From: Thermoanaerobaculia bacterium
GTDB lineage: Bacteria; Acidobacteriota; Thermoanaerobaculia; Multivoradales; UBA5704
Length of the DNA: 64,000 nt
Assembly: GCA_038248205.1 (NCBI GenBank)
Contig: JBBRUC010000003.1
Location: forward strand, 596 to 64,595
Direction: 5' to 3'
Positions 21,901-30,696 of this stretch are shown here, piece by piece. Position 1 is the stretch's first letter; each line of letters opens with the position of its first letter. The notes under the pieces were generated by a model, which saw only the letters and a program-made list of their open reading frames with translations, was not told the origin of the DNA and searched no databases. Made by a program: the position numbers and the translations under genes.

Positions 21901-23584
21901 TACGACGTCAACGAGCTTCGACGTAGGCCGCCTGACCTCGATCGAACGTCCTGAGGCGATCGTAACCTACGCCTACGATCGATTCGGACGGATGATCGGC
22001 GACGGCGAGATGAATTATCAGTACGACGCCAACGGCAACCGGCAGACGCTTACGTATCCGAACGGAGTCCAGGCCCAGCAGAGCTTCGACTTCGCGGATC
22101 GGCCGCTCGGAGCAATGCTGGTCGATGGCGCGAACTCGCCGCAAATGCTGGCAAGCGATGCGATCTACGAACCGTTCGGACCGCTCGCGAGCTTGACGCT
22201 CGGCAACGGGCTCGTCGAAACGAGAACGTTCGATCAGCGCTATTTTCCGCAATCCATCGTGGTTCCCGGCCGACTCTCCTGGACTTACGACCAAGACAAG
22301 GTGGGTAATCCGCTGGCGATCACGGACACGTTGGTCCCAGCGAACAGCCGGACCTTCACGTATCAGGATCCCCAATACTTCCTCCGGGGGAGCACGGGTC
22401 CATGGAACCCGGAGATTTTCACCTACGACAAGATCGGCAACCGGCTGACCGATGGCGGCAATGCCTACCTCTACCGCTTGAATTCTACTGGCGGCAATAC
22501 ACCGGTGCTCCTCAGCCGGGGAGGCTTGGCCTACACCTACGATTCAATCGGCAATGCGACATCGATCAATTCGACGTCTATCATCTACGGCGACGACCGG
22601 GCGATGCAGGAGCTGGGCAAGGCGCGCTCGGCCTACTACGACGGGCGAGGCTTCCTCTCGAGCTTCAGCTACTCGAAGTACGGACCGATCGCCGTGCCAG
22701 CTTTCACAGCTCCGGTTTACGGCTCCGAAGGGCGCCTCTACGCCCGCACGGATCGCGATGACTTGCTTGGCACGAACACCACGGCTCATGTCTTCTACTT
22801 CGGAGATCGCCCGATTACAACCCTTGAAAAAGGGACGATCAACCGCCTGCTGTACCTGACGACCGATCATCTGGGTACGCCGGCATTGGCGACCGACGGA
22901 ACTGGAGGGATTGTTTGGCGCGGAGTCTTTCGTTCCTTTGGCGTCGACGATAGCGGGGCGCAGGCGGCTGGAGTCTTCCTGCGGTTCCCGGGCCAGTGGC
23001 AAGATGACTACTGGCTGGGATTGGGAAAGTTTGAACTCAGCTACAACGTACACCGGTGGTACGAGGCGGGGGTTGGGCGGTATACGACTCCGGATCCGGT
23101 GGCACCTCCGGCAGTTGGCCACCTCTATTCGTACGGTATCTCGAACCCAAGCCATTATGTCGACCCGGATGGGCGAGCGCCTCGACTGATCAATTCGGCC
23201 TGGTTTCCTCCGGAGGTTCCCTGTCTCACCGCGGCTGGCATTGGAACCGCCTGGCATTGGATTGTCCGCGGTAGCGGTCCGCGCTTCGCCCACTGCTACG
23301 CCAGCTGCCTGCTGGCCAAGTGCGGAGGGCAGAACCTGGCGATTCAGATGGGAGCGAACAAGGAATTCTTCGACCTTGCGGTTTGTGCAGGCATCAAGAG
23401 TTCGTCGGGCGGCATGCTGGCGTTTGTGCGCGAAAAGCACTGCCATAGTGCATTCCAAGACAGCGACATCGGGGACAATAAGTTTGGCATCAACTGTCCG
23501 ATGAACATCTCTTGTGGCCAACGGTGTGGCGACCTCTTCCCCGAACCGGACACACCAGGAGGGCCCTTCTCAAATGTGCGCTAA
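18971..23584 (+). CDS. RHS/YD-repeat polymorphic toxin with Sec signal peptide and orphan C-terminal domain
   Basis: There are many YD repeats (YDANGN, YDYDVQDHLT, YGYDNAGRL, YTYDSIGN). The RHS core end reads DHLGTPALATDGTGGIVWRGVFRSFG ... RWYEAGVGRYTTPDPV ... YVDPDGR. The start is taken at ATG 18971, which gives MPSCLSSLSSARRAWILCALSLFVVFVLGAPLAAQ. 133 residues follow the DPDGRAP boundary. Confidence 0.9.
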   Translation: MPSCLSSLSSARRAWILCALSLFVVFVLGAPLAAQPCGTCPGADLNVFVCNLAEIPSASNPSCNTLPETQNCRTPVIIAQAVEVVSQGGGLFTARLPVRLETLGNTMITPNGRLDLFWNQGPPVSLSTSLCENNTTDVTKTYLERSNLSCAGAPYDFGVFSVRAFVCRGAGSCERFADAANLPFRVTKADLGCPEPPLFGCDDDASCTTCLALGGGGCGASLSVSGEGAAVTPCQSGPGALLRYRAGGAGGPGLPGSTAWNATLGQYWSHDYAERLVTDPPGDNSHVWLTTRFATFREFRDLNGDNVYEKILPSDEHRTLTRVPGIGWRLEELDGTSREFDVTGRWTRTTDRNGNAKSGFYGAGGLEHVDFPDGRKEELTYVGGLLATITEVGVDGSRRSWGYAWSGLDLQRITRPDSTKWEFFYADPSHPGFLTRMDLVGTDGSRRVEAAYSYDARGNVVEMWRGALVSTDPSAVDRWQLTYDNPIRPTRTEAKDALGVTSVYTIGRDVTGSSKPKILQIQGDCPTCGTGPNSTFEYNDAANPLLPTAITSGRVLRTEMDYDGVGMLLRRREAVGTPRQRETTYTYSLMFRALLTSMAKPSTSGGVAQRTSTYLLDPQGNPTTSRIQGVEAGSAFLFDTITTYSGVGQPLSFDPPGFALTDQTTYTYNFAGRNGLIADSRTDPLDLGTTRFEVDGWNRRTRTIDPNGVGTTTSFDTLNRIESIRQEGAGAAPDLITTSTYNPFGDLIWMTLPRGNVIEYGYDNAGRLISVERKPDAATSKERTLYALDTVGHRSREDRQRWTGTAWETRATTSFDYSTRCHLDRVRFPDGSASEYRYDCDGNLSETWDSNHPMESNPTATMRYDYDPLNRLTSVTQPWEGTGSAVTTYDYDVQDHLTAVVDANQNPTTYIYSDRDRMTLEDSIVTAVKSFTYNPHGELIQETDARPVTTTRTVDAADRVTRISYPDPSLETTYTYGTTSTSFDVGRLTSIERPEAIVTYAYDRFGRMIGDGEMNYQYDANGNRQTLTYPNGVQAQQSFDFADRPLGAMLVDGANSPQMLASDAIYEPFGPLASLTLGNGLVETRTFDQRYFPQSIVVPGRLSWTYDQDKVGNPLAITDTLVPANSRTFTYQDPQYFLRGSTGPWNPEIFTYDKIGNRLTDGGNAYLYRLNSTGGNTPVLLSRGGLAYTYDSIGNATSINSTSIIYGDDRAMQELGKARSAYYDGRGFLSSFSYSKYGPIAVPAFTAPVYGSEGRLYARTDRDDLLGTNTTAHVFYFGDRPITTLEKGTINRLLYLTTDHLGTPALATDGTGGIVWRGVFRSFGVDDSGAQAAGVFLRFPGQWQDDYWLGLGKFELSYNVHRWYEAGVGRYTTPDPVAPPAVGHLYSYGISNPSHYVDPDGRAPRLINSAWFPPEVPCLTAAGIGTAWHWIVRGSGPRFAHCYASCLLAKCGGQNLAIQMGANKEFFDLAVCAGIKSSSGGMLAFVREKHCHSAFQDSDIGDNKFGINCPMNISCGQRCGDLFPEPDTPGGPFSNVR

Positions 23585-24194
23585 TTCCCGAGGTCGATCT
23601 CGGGCTGGTGCATTAGGTTGCATTCTAGTTCTGCTCCTCAACGGTACCTGCCGCCCTACTGATTGCCCAGCCGAACCGGCCGACTCAAGAGCAACATCGG
23701 CGGTATGTCGGGGAACCCTTGAGGATAGAGCTGGCTATCTGCACCGGTTGGTCTTCCGACCTCTGTCGGGCTCCTCGTGGAAGCGCTGCGTAGATATTTC
23801 GCTGCTCGAAGGGTTCTGGCCGGGAATGACGATTCGGCAAGCAAGGAAGGTAATCGGACCCGAGAACTCGGAGGGTAGGAGCCGGTTCGGAACCTTCTGG
23901 CTCTATGAACGACCCGGCGGGACGATCCGAATCTCTCTGGAAGACATCGGTTCGACCATCTTGCCGGTAGATCGAGCGTGGAGATTGAGCGCGCTTCCTC
24001 GCGACCGCAGGATCGAGGCGGTTTTCGGTCCAGAGATCGTGGGGAAGATTCCGTCGGGGCTTACGGACTATGAAGCCGTCGTGCTCACGCAGTGCGGCGT
24101 TCCGGCGATTCATGTAGATGTGAAGAGTGGGCGAGTTGCAAGGGTGGCCTGGAACCGGAACCGAGGCTCAATGCCAAGCCCGCGCGAAAAGTGA
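23574..24194 (+). CDS. putative immunity protein 1 (exported)
   Basis: ATG at 23574 overlaps the RHS stop. The N-terminus has a hydrophobic segment, ALGCILVLLLNG. It is a paralog of the next gene (shared GF.PGMT..AR, RP.GT..ISLED.GS, W.LSA.P, RVAR..W). Confidence 0.6.
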   Translation: MCANSRGRSRAGALGCILVLLLNGTCRPTDCPAEPADSRATSAVCRGTLEDRAGYLHRLVFRPLSGSSWKRCVDISLLEGFWPGMTIRQARKVIGPENSEGRSRFGTFWLYERPGGTIRISLEDIGSTILPVDRAWRLSALPRDRRIEAVFGPEIVGKIPSGLTDYEAVVLTQCGVPAIHVDVKSGRVARVAWNRNRGSMPSPREK

Positions 24195-24284
24195 TAGCTT
24201 CGGACTGACCTTCGGTGCAGGCGCATCAGGCCGAACCGCCGGGGAGGCTTGGCTTACACCTACTGGCCCGTTTGGAATTCGGCC

Positions 24285-24956
24285 GTGACCAAGCTCGTGA
24301 TTTGCTGCTCGAACTTCTTGTTTAGGTTCAGGTTCTGTTTCCTGGCCACCCTTCTTGGGTGTGGCGACTTTCGCCCTGAGAGCTGCGCAGAAGATGGCCT
24401 CCGCGACTTGGCTTACACAGGCCCGTGTGTCGCGGGGGTACGTCAGCACGGGAGGAACGAGTTCTATGTCAGTTCTCGCCCTCGCTGCGCCTGGGAACGC
24501 ATGGTGAATCTCACGTATTTCGAGGGATTCCGTCCCGGCATGACCAACCTTGAAGCTCGGCGGCTACATGGCACCCCCACGAGCGTTGAACGTAACGGCC
24601 GGACTGCCATTTGGAACTTTCAGAGACCGATGGGTACGGTCTCGATCAGCCTTGAGGACCAAGGGTCGTCGCTTCTTGTCGACCGTTGGTGGCTCTTGAG
24701 CGCCTACCCCTTGAACCAAGCGCCTGCGCAGTCTCTTTCCGCGGAAGTGCTTCAAAGCGTAGGATCAAGAGGCAACGATTTTCAGATCGTCATTTTAAAC
24801 GGCTGTGGATTCCCGGCTGCAGAGATATCATTCGAGCGAAATCGCGTAGCACGAATCAGGTGGCTAGAGAATGCCGGATCATGGCATTCAAGAATGGCGA
24901 GCTTCGATGGAACAAGAGAGGCTTCCGACGGAGATTCTCGGAACGGAGGCCGGTGA
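24285..24956 (+). CDS. putative immunity protein 2 (lipoprotein, paralog of 23574..24194)
   Basis: A GTG start at 24285 gives VTKLVICCSNFLFRFRFCFLATLLGC with an LLGC lipobox. By eye it is about 35-40% identical to the preceding gene over the C-terminal ~130 aa. Confidence 0.6.
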   Translation: MTKLVICCSNFLFRFRFCFLATLLGCGDFRPESCAEDGLRDLAYTGPCVAGVRQHGRNEFYVSSRPRCAWERMVNLTYFEGFRPGMTNLEARRLHGTPTSVERNGRTAIWNFQRPMGTVSISLEDQGSSLLVDRWWLLSAYPLNQAPAQSLSAEVLQSVGSRGNDFQIVILNGCGFPAAEISFERNRVARIRWLENAGSWHSRMASFDGTREASDGDSRNGGR

Positions 24957-24999
24957 CCGGCGCGGCAACCAGTTCTCCGGTGCGTAGAATGGGCCGCCA

Positions 25000-26472
25000 T
25001 CACCGCGCCGGAACGAACCGCTCCCGGGCCAACGATCGCAATTCTTCCAACTCTTCGGCCCGTGTGCGGGAAAGCGGCAACGTCGCCGCCAACTCGGCGC
25101 TCAAGCCCTCCGTCGTCAGTCGATCGCCGTTGCCGTCGAGCAGGCCATAGAGGGCGGCTACGACGGCTTGTTCGATCTCGGCGCCGCTCCACCCTTCGGA
25201 TTCCTGCGCCAGGCGTTCCAGGTCGACTTCCGCGGGATTCTGGCGGCGTAGGCGGAGGTGAATCTCGAAGATCTCCCGGCGTTCTTCCCGGGTGGGCAGG
25301 TCGATGAAGAAGATCTCGTCGAAGCGCCCTTTGCGCAGTAGCTCGGGCGGCAGGGAGTCGAGGTCGTTGGCGGTCGCGACGACGAACACCGGTTCCTTGT
25401 GCTCTTGAAGCCAGGTGAGAAAGCTGCCGAACAGCCGGCGGGAAAGGCCCGCGTCGGCCGTGCCGTCGCCTTGGGCGAAAGCTTTTTCGATCTCGTCGAT
25501 CCAGAGGACGATCGGTGCCTGGGCTTCGGCGGTCTCTAGCGTGAGACGAAGGTTCTTCTCCGTTTCGCCGACGAACTTGTCGAACAGGCGCGACGGGTCG
25601 AGGCGGGCGAGCGGCAACCCCCACGAGCGGGCGATCGCCTTGGCGCTCAGGCTCTTGCCGCACCCTTGAACGCCCACCAACAGCAGGCCGCGCGGCGCCG
25701 GAAGCCCGAGGGTACGGGCCTTGGCGCCGAATCCGGCGTGGTGGCGCCGTAGCCATTCTTTGAGTCGGGCGGCGCCGCCGAGGTCGGCGATCTCGCCGCC
25801 CACTTCGCAGAGTTCGAGCACGCCGGTCTGCTCGATCTCCTCCCGCCGCGCGGCGAGCACGAGCGGCAGGTCGGCGGCGCAAAGCGCACCGTCCGACAGG
25901 GTCGCCCGGGTGATCAACCGCCGAATCTCGGCGATGGTCAGACCGCGCAATGCCTGGACCATCCGCTCCAGCTCTTCGCCTTGGAGTTCGAAGCGCAGCT
26001 TCGTCGTTCCGCGAAGGGCGCGGAACGTGTCGATGATCGACCTTCGGATCTCGTCGGCGTCCGGCCATTCCAGGCGGTAGCGGGCGGCGACCCGCGCCAG
26101 CTCACGCGGTAGGTCGAGGGACGGGGCGGAGAGGACGAGTGTGAGCAGTCGTCCCGGCGAGCCTTCCGCCAGCTCGCGCAGAGCCCGCACGACCCCCGGA
26201 GTTTCAAGGTAGGGATGGAAATCCTGAAGCAGGAAAATCGACGGCCAGGCGGTCGTGCGAATCGCGGCCAGGACCGCGAGCGGCTCGCACGCCTCGGGCG
26301 TCGAGGGGCGTGCACCTTCGCAGATCATCCCGGCCGAAACCGACCAGGTGTAGAACGTAAACCCCAACGCCTTGGCCGCGCGGGCGAGCCGTTCCCGCAG
26401 CCGCTCCTCGTCATACGTCTCGACGTAGAGGATCGGATAGCGGGACTGAAGGAGAAGGGAGAGATCTTCCAA
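25000..26472 (-). CDS. AAA+ ATPase, Ycf46-like
   Basis: The N-terminus [19 protein letters not shown] resembles Ycf46-type proteins. Walker A is GVQGCGKS and Walker B is [12 protein letters not shown]. There is an [28 protein letters not shown] second region of homology. Confidence 0.85.
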   Translation of the reverse strand: MEDLSLLLQSRYPILYVETYDEERLRERLARAAKALGFTFYTWSVSAGMICEGARPSTPEACEPLAVLAAIRTTAWPSIFLLQDFHPYLETPGVVRALRELAEGSPGRLLTLVLSAPSLDLPRELARVAARYRLEWPDADEIRRSIIDTFRALRGTTKLRFELQGEELERMVQALRGLTIAEIRRLITRATLSDGALCAADLPLVLAARREEIEQTGVLELCEVGGEIADLGGAARLKEWLRRHHAGFGAKARTLGLPAPRGLLLVGVQGCGKSLSAKAIARSWGLPLARLDPSRLFDKFVGETEKNLRLTLETAEAQAPIVLWIDEIEKAFAQGDGTADAGLSRRLFGSFLTWLQEHKEPVFVVATANDLDSLPPELLRKGRFDEIFFIDLPTREERREIFEIHLRLRRQNPAEVDLERLAQESEGWSGAEIEQAVVAALYGLLDGNGDRLTTEGLSAELAATLPLSRTRAEELEELRSLARERFVPAR

Positions 26473-26702
26473 ACCAGGCGGGAGTTTCTCAGACCCAACC
26501 GCCGGGCGGCAAGGCGCGCGCGGTCCGGGGCGGAATTCTTTGCCTATCCGAGGGGCGAGAGTTGCCGGTATTCAGGCCCTGCGGGGCCGTTTTCCCTCGA
26601 AGAAACGTTCTGGCATGTCGGTTGCTCCTTACCTCGATCAGACAAAACAAGACCCTCGCACTTTCACAGACCCGCGCGGGTCACAAATGGAGGTTCTAAA
26701 CT

Positions 26703-27209
26703 ATGAGAATCCATCGAATCTCTCTGGGCCTCGCGCTCGTCGGGGCCTTGAGTTTCGCGGGCTGCAAGCACGAAGAGCCGCAGGCTGAAGCCACCCCGGC
26801 CGTGACCGAATCAGAAATTCCGGGCACCGCCGCACAAGATGACCTTTCTCCCATTGAGGCTGAAACCCGTGTCGACGATGTAACGATCGGCCATTCGCTG
26901 GCTGCCGACGGCTCGATCGACAGCTCCCAGGTCGGCGACAATTTCGCTCCGGGCGAAATGGTTCACATCGCAATGAAGGTCGGCGATACCCCGCCGGGCT
27001 CTGCGATCAAGATCGTCTGGTACGGACCGGAAGACAAGCGCATCGACGAGGCCACCAAGACTGTCGAGGCGGGGCAGATGTACCTCAACTTCGACGCCGA
27101 TACCAAGGGCTGGGCCAAGGGCGATTATCGAGCTGAGATCTGGATCGGTGACGAGAACGTGAACACCGAGCGGTTTCAGATCGTCGACGCCGAAAACGCA
27201 GGTAAGTAA
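26703..27209 (+). CDS. lipoprotein of unknown function
   Basis: The signal peptide MRIHRISLGLALVGALSFAGC has an FAGC lipobox. The protein is 168 aa. Confidence 0.7.
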   Translation: MRIHRISLGLALVGALSFAGCKHEEPQAEATPAVTESEIPGTAAQDDLSPIEAETRVDDVTIGHSLAADGSIDSSQVGDNFAPGEMVHIAMKVGDTPPGSAIKIVWYGPEDKRIDEATKTVEAGQMYLNFDADTKGWAKGDYRAEIWIGDENVNTERFQIVDAENAGK

Positions 27210-27333
27210 AGCAGGAGCAGTACACCCCGCACACATGTAGGTCTTCTCCCGCCGGGTGTCTCGCGTGTGCCTTCGCGAGGCGCCCGGCCCTTTTTCGTTC
27301 TGCCCAGAACGTTTAGACCCGAAAGGAACGACC

Positions 27334-27825
27334 ATGAGTCAAGGATTCCGCGACCTCTTCATCTCCGAGCTCCGCGATGTCTATAGCGCCGAAAGTCAGA
27401 TCCTCAAAGCGTTGCCGAAGATGGTCAAGGTGGCCCGCAACAAGGAGTTGAAGCAGGCCTTCTCCGACCATCTGGCGGCGACCAAGGTTCATGTCGAGCG
27501 GCTCGGCGGCATCTTCCAAACCCTCGGAGTCGCCAAGAAGGGCAAGCTGTGCAAGGGCATGGAAGGGCTGCTCGCCGAAGGGGCGGAAGTGATCGCCGAG
27601 GACATGCCGGCGGAGGTCAAAGACGCCGCATTGATCTCGGCCGCCCAGCGGGTCGAGCACTACGAGATGGCCGCCTACGGCTGCCTTCGGGCCTTCGCCA
27701 AGGCGCTCGGCGAGTTGGAGATCGCGCGCGTCCTGCAGGCCACCCTCGACGAAGAAGGCGACGCCGATCGCCTGCTCTCCCAGATCGCCGAGTTCGCGGT
27801 CAACCTGGAGGCGTCGACGCAGTAG
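27334..27825 (+). CDS. ferritin-like YciE/YciF family protein (DUF892)
   Basis: LFISELRDVYSAESQILKALPKM...AAQRVEHYEMAAYG...LDEEGDADRLLSQIAE matches the DUF892 pattern. The ATG is at 27334. Confidence 0.85.
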   Translation: MSQGFRDLFISELRDVYSAESQILKALPKMVKVARNKELKQAFSDHLAATKVHVERLGGIFQTLGVAKKGKLCKGMEGLLAEGAEVIAEDMPAEVKDAALISAAQRVEHYEMAAYGCLRAFAKALGELEIARVLQATLDEEGDADRLLSQIAEFAVNLEASTQ

Positions 27826-30508
27826 CCGACGCAGCCGGTGGAGTCGGGTTTGCCGCTTTCCGTGAGTTCCCCTTCTTTCGCGGCACACGGAAGTGAAGCG
27901 GTTCCTCCTCGGTGAGCGGCAGACCTTCCGCGTTCAAGACCCTTAAGTAGACCGAGAACGGGTGCCGATCGTCGACCCGCTCCGCAAGCTTTCTCGGCAA
28001 GCTCACGTCGTAACGGAACTTGCTGAGCGCAAACGGACCCTCGGGCACCGCCTGAGGCTGGCCGACGGGCACCTGAGCCACCGCCAGCGGTAGGTCCGCG
28101 CGAATGCGCGAGCGGCGCAGCTCGATACGCAGGCGATGATTCGGCGCGAAGCGAAGGTCGCTATAGAGCGAGACGTAAAAGACCTTCGGCAACCGAACGT
28201 TGACTTCCGGAGCTTCAGGTTGGACGTAAAACATTCGACCGGCGATCAGGCGCGGCGCAGAAGAGCGCAAGCTGTCGATGTCGCGCGCCTGCGCCGCGGT
28301 TTCAACGGTCGAGCCATCGAGCCGTTGCGGCGACCCGTTGGTGCCCGGCGTGGAAGCCACGGTGCCCACGGGAGCGGCCTCGGGCTCGGCCGCGAGGCCT
28401 CCTAAATTAGAGATCGGCGAACGGCCGCGAGTCAGGCGCATCGGTCGGGGCATCTGGTCGGTCCAAATCTCGCCGCTGCTGCTGGCACCCGCCTGGGCGG
28501 TTCCGTCGGCCGCTTTGCCTGCCGCGAGGATCAGGCGCGAAACGATCCGGTAATCTTCGCGCCGGAGCGACTGCTTGGTCCAGCCGCGCGCGTCGATTTC
28601 ACCGTGCGCCGCACGAAACCGAAAACCATCGAACCAGGACACGAAGCGCTCGGCGTCGGTCAAGCGTCGCCGCTCGCGGAACCCATGGGCCGCCTTCCAG
28701 GCGGCGCGCCGCTCGGGATTGAGCCACGATTCGCCTTCCTCCTCCCCGAGAAACGCCTGGGCCACCGTGCGCCATACCTCTTCGGAATGCAGCGTAAGAA
28801 GGCGGGCGAGAGCCTGGCCGCGGGCACCCACCGTAAACGACGCGACTACGCCGATCGTTTCCTCGCCGAGCAACTCCGGTGGCGGCGCCGGGTTGCCCGG
28901 CAGCGTACGCCAGAGGTCCGCCACCTTGGCGCGCGGCTCCGCCCGGGCCTGGCGATCCCGGATCGTCGTGCGAACCTCGATCGCGCGCGGCTGCGCCGCT
29001 TCCGTGCCGTCTGGATGGGTGGCCTGGAGGGTCAAGACTTCACTCGATCCCTGATCGCGACGGCGGCCGATGTTGCGGACCTTCAAGCTGCTTCGCTGGC
29101 CCTGGGTCGCTTCGCGCACTATCGCTTTGCCGATTTCGACGTCCTGCACGACCGCCAGCCCCTGGCGTTTGGCGCGGAACCAGGAAGGGAAGCGAGCCAA
29201 AAAGTTCAGATCGCGCCGATCTCCCGATCGTAATTCCGCGGTGAGGATCTCCACCCCGCGGCCCCGCTTCGCCGCTTCGATCGGGCTTTTGAGCCGAACT
29301 CGATTCTTGGCGCCGAGAAGGTCATCCAACGCCGCGCGCCCCTCCGGGGTGCGGAGGTCGAACCGGTAGACCAGGTCGGCGGCGCGAAACTGGTTGGTGT
29401 TGCGGCGGTCCTGGAGGAACGTGTAGCCGTAGCGCAGAAACAGCAGCCGTATCTCCGGCCGGATCTTGATCGGCGTCAGCTCCCGGCCCTTTGCCGCGAT
29501 CGTCCGGATCCGCACCAGCACGTGGTCGTTTTCCTGCTCGATCACCGTGGTCTCGCGGATCAGGCGGTAGAAATACTCGAAGCTCGCCCGCAATCCGATC
29601 TCGTGGGCGCTCAGGCGCAGCGGCGAGATGCCGACGAACGCCGTGTAGGTTGCGCCGTCGCCCGGCTGAAGTCGCCGGTCGGCCGAGGTGAACAGATCCG
29701 TCTTGAGCGGAAAGCCGAGGTCGACGTAAAGGGTCATCGGCTCGACGAACCCCTCGAAATAGAGCGCGCCCTTTTCCGTGTCCTCAAAGCCCAGGTTGAT
29801 CTCGGTCGCGAGGCCGTCGAGCAGCGCGAGGACGGTTCGGCCGACGCGCGGCAGGATGCGCTTTCTAAAGCGGGCGTCGCGCGAGTCCCAGTAACCGGCC
29901 AGCTCGGCGCGCAGATTCTCTCGGGTCGCCGTCCGCGAAAAGGCGGGGCCGAGTTGGCGCGGCGGCTGCGTCTCCGCGGCGGTCAGCACGAAGCCCGACT
30001 CGGCGTGAAGGCCGATGTTGATCGTCGAATTCGAGTCCGGCAGGTAGTCGACGTCGACCGTGGTCTTGGCCCGCGCCGAGTTGACCGTTTGAAACCAGGA
30101 GAGATCGCGCTCCTTGACGGTGCTGCCGGGCGCCATTTCGAGATGCTTGTCGAGCACGCGGCGCGAATAGGTGATCGCGGCGTCGAGCTTGGTGCCCGAC
30201 CAGGTTTGGCCGAACGAAATATCGAGATCGCCCAGCTCCTGGAACAGGTCGCCGCTGCGCGCTTCGCGGAACAGCTCGTTGTCGAAAAACTCTCCCGCCC
30301 CTTCGAACGAGGCGCCGTTGAACGAACCGATGCGAACCCAATTCGTCTGGGGCGGCGCCTCGGTTTCATCGGCGATCGTGCCCACGGGGAAACCGAGGAC
30401 GAAGGCGGCCAGGGCGAACGATGCGAGCCGGAGGCGGCGCTTCGATCGCTGGCCCGGACATCGCAAGAGGGGGGCGGATGATTCGAGAGGGAGCGAGTTC
30501 GTGGTCAT
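27800..30508 (-). CDS. large secreted/membrane-anchored hypothetical protein
   Basis: The long ORF has protein-like composition throughout. The start is taken at Met 30508, which gives MTTNSL...RLRLASFALAAFVLGFPVG (signal/anchor). I recognise no family. Confidence 0.6.
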   Translation of the reverse strand: MTTNSLPLESSAPLLRCPGQRSKRRLRLASFALAAFVLGFPVGTIADETEAPPQTNWVRIGSFNGASFEGAGEFFDNELFREARSGDLFQELGDLDISFGQTWSGTKLDAAITYSRRVLDKHLEMAPGSTVKERDLSWFQTVNSARAKTTVDVDYLPDSNSTINIGLHAESGFVLTAAETQPPRQLGPAFSRTATRENLRAELAGYWDSRDARFRKRILPRVGRTVLALLDGLATEINLGFEDTEKGALYFEGFVEPMTLYVDLGFPLKTDLFTSADRRLQPGDGATYTAFVGISPLRLSAHEIGLRASFEYFYRLIRETTVIEQENDHVLVRIRTIAAKGRELTPIKIRPEIRLLFLRYGYTFLQDRRNTNQFRAADLVYRFDLRTPEGRAALDDLLGAKNRVRLKSPIEAAKRGRGVEILTAELRSGDRRDLNFLARFPSWFRAKRQGLAVVQDVEIGKAIVREATQGQRSSLKVRNIGRRRDQGSSEVLTLQATHPDGTEAAQPRAIEVRTTIRDRQARAEPRAKVADLWRTLPGNPAPPPELLGEETIGVVASFTVGARGQALARLLTLHSEEVWRTVAQAFLGEEEGESWLNPERRAAWKAAHGFRERRRLTDAERFVSWFDGFRFRAAHGEIDARGWTKQSLRREDYRIVSRLILAAGKAADGTAQAGASSSGEIWTDQMPRPMRLTRGRSPISNLGGLAAEPEAAPVGTVASTPGTNGSPQRLDGSTVETAAQARDIDSLRSSAPRLIAGRMFYVQPEAPEVNVRLPKVFYVSLYSDLRFAPNHRLRIELRRSRIRADLPLAVAQVPVGQPQAVPEGPFALSKFRYDVSLPRKLAERVDDRHPFSVYLRVLNAEGLPLTEEEPLHFRVPRKKGNSRKAANPTPPAASATASTPPG

Positions 30509-30696
30509 GGTCGCCTTCGAGGGAGTGCAGATCTTACGCCTCGCGGGCCTCAAACGAAGAGAGGGCGCACAAACGTCGAAAATCGGGTCGGCTCCGGCAA
30601 GTGTTGCGTACTTCTTCCGTCGAACGGGCGCAGGTTTTTCCGGTGCGCGGTTTGACCTCCCTGATATAGCATCCTCCTCCTCCAACGGAAAAGTCT

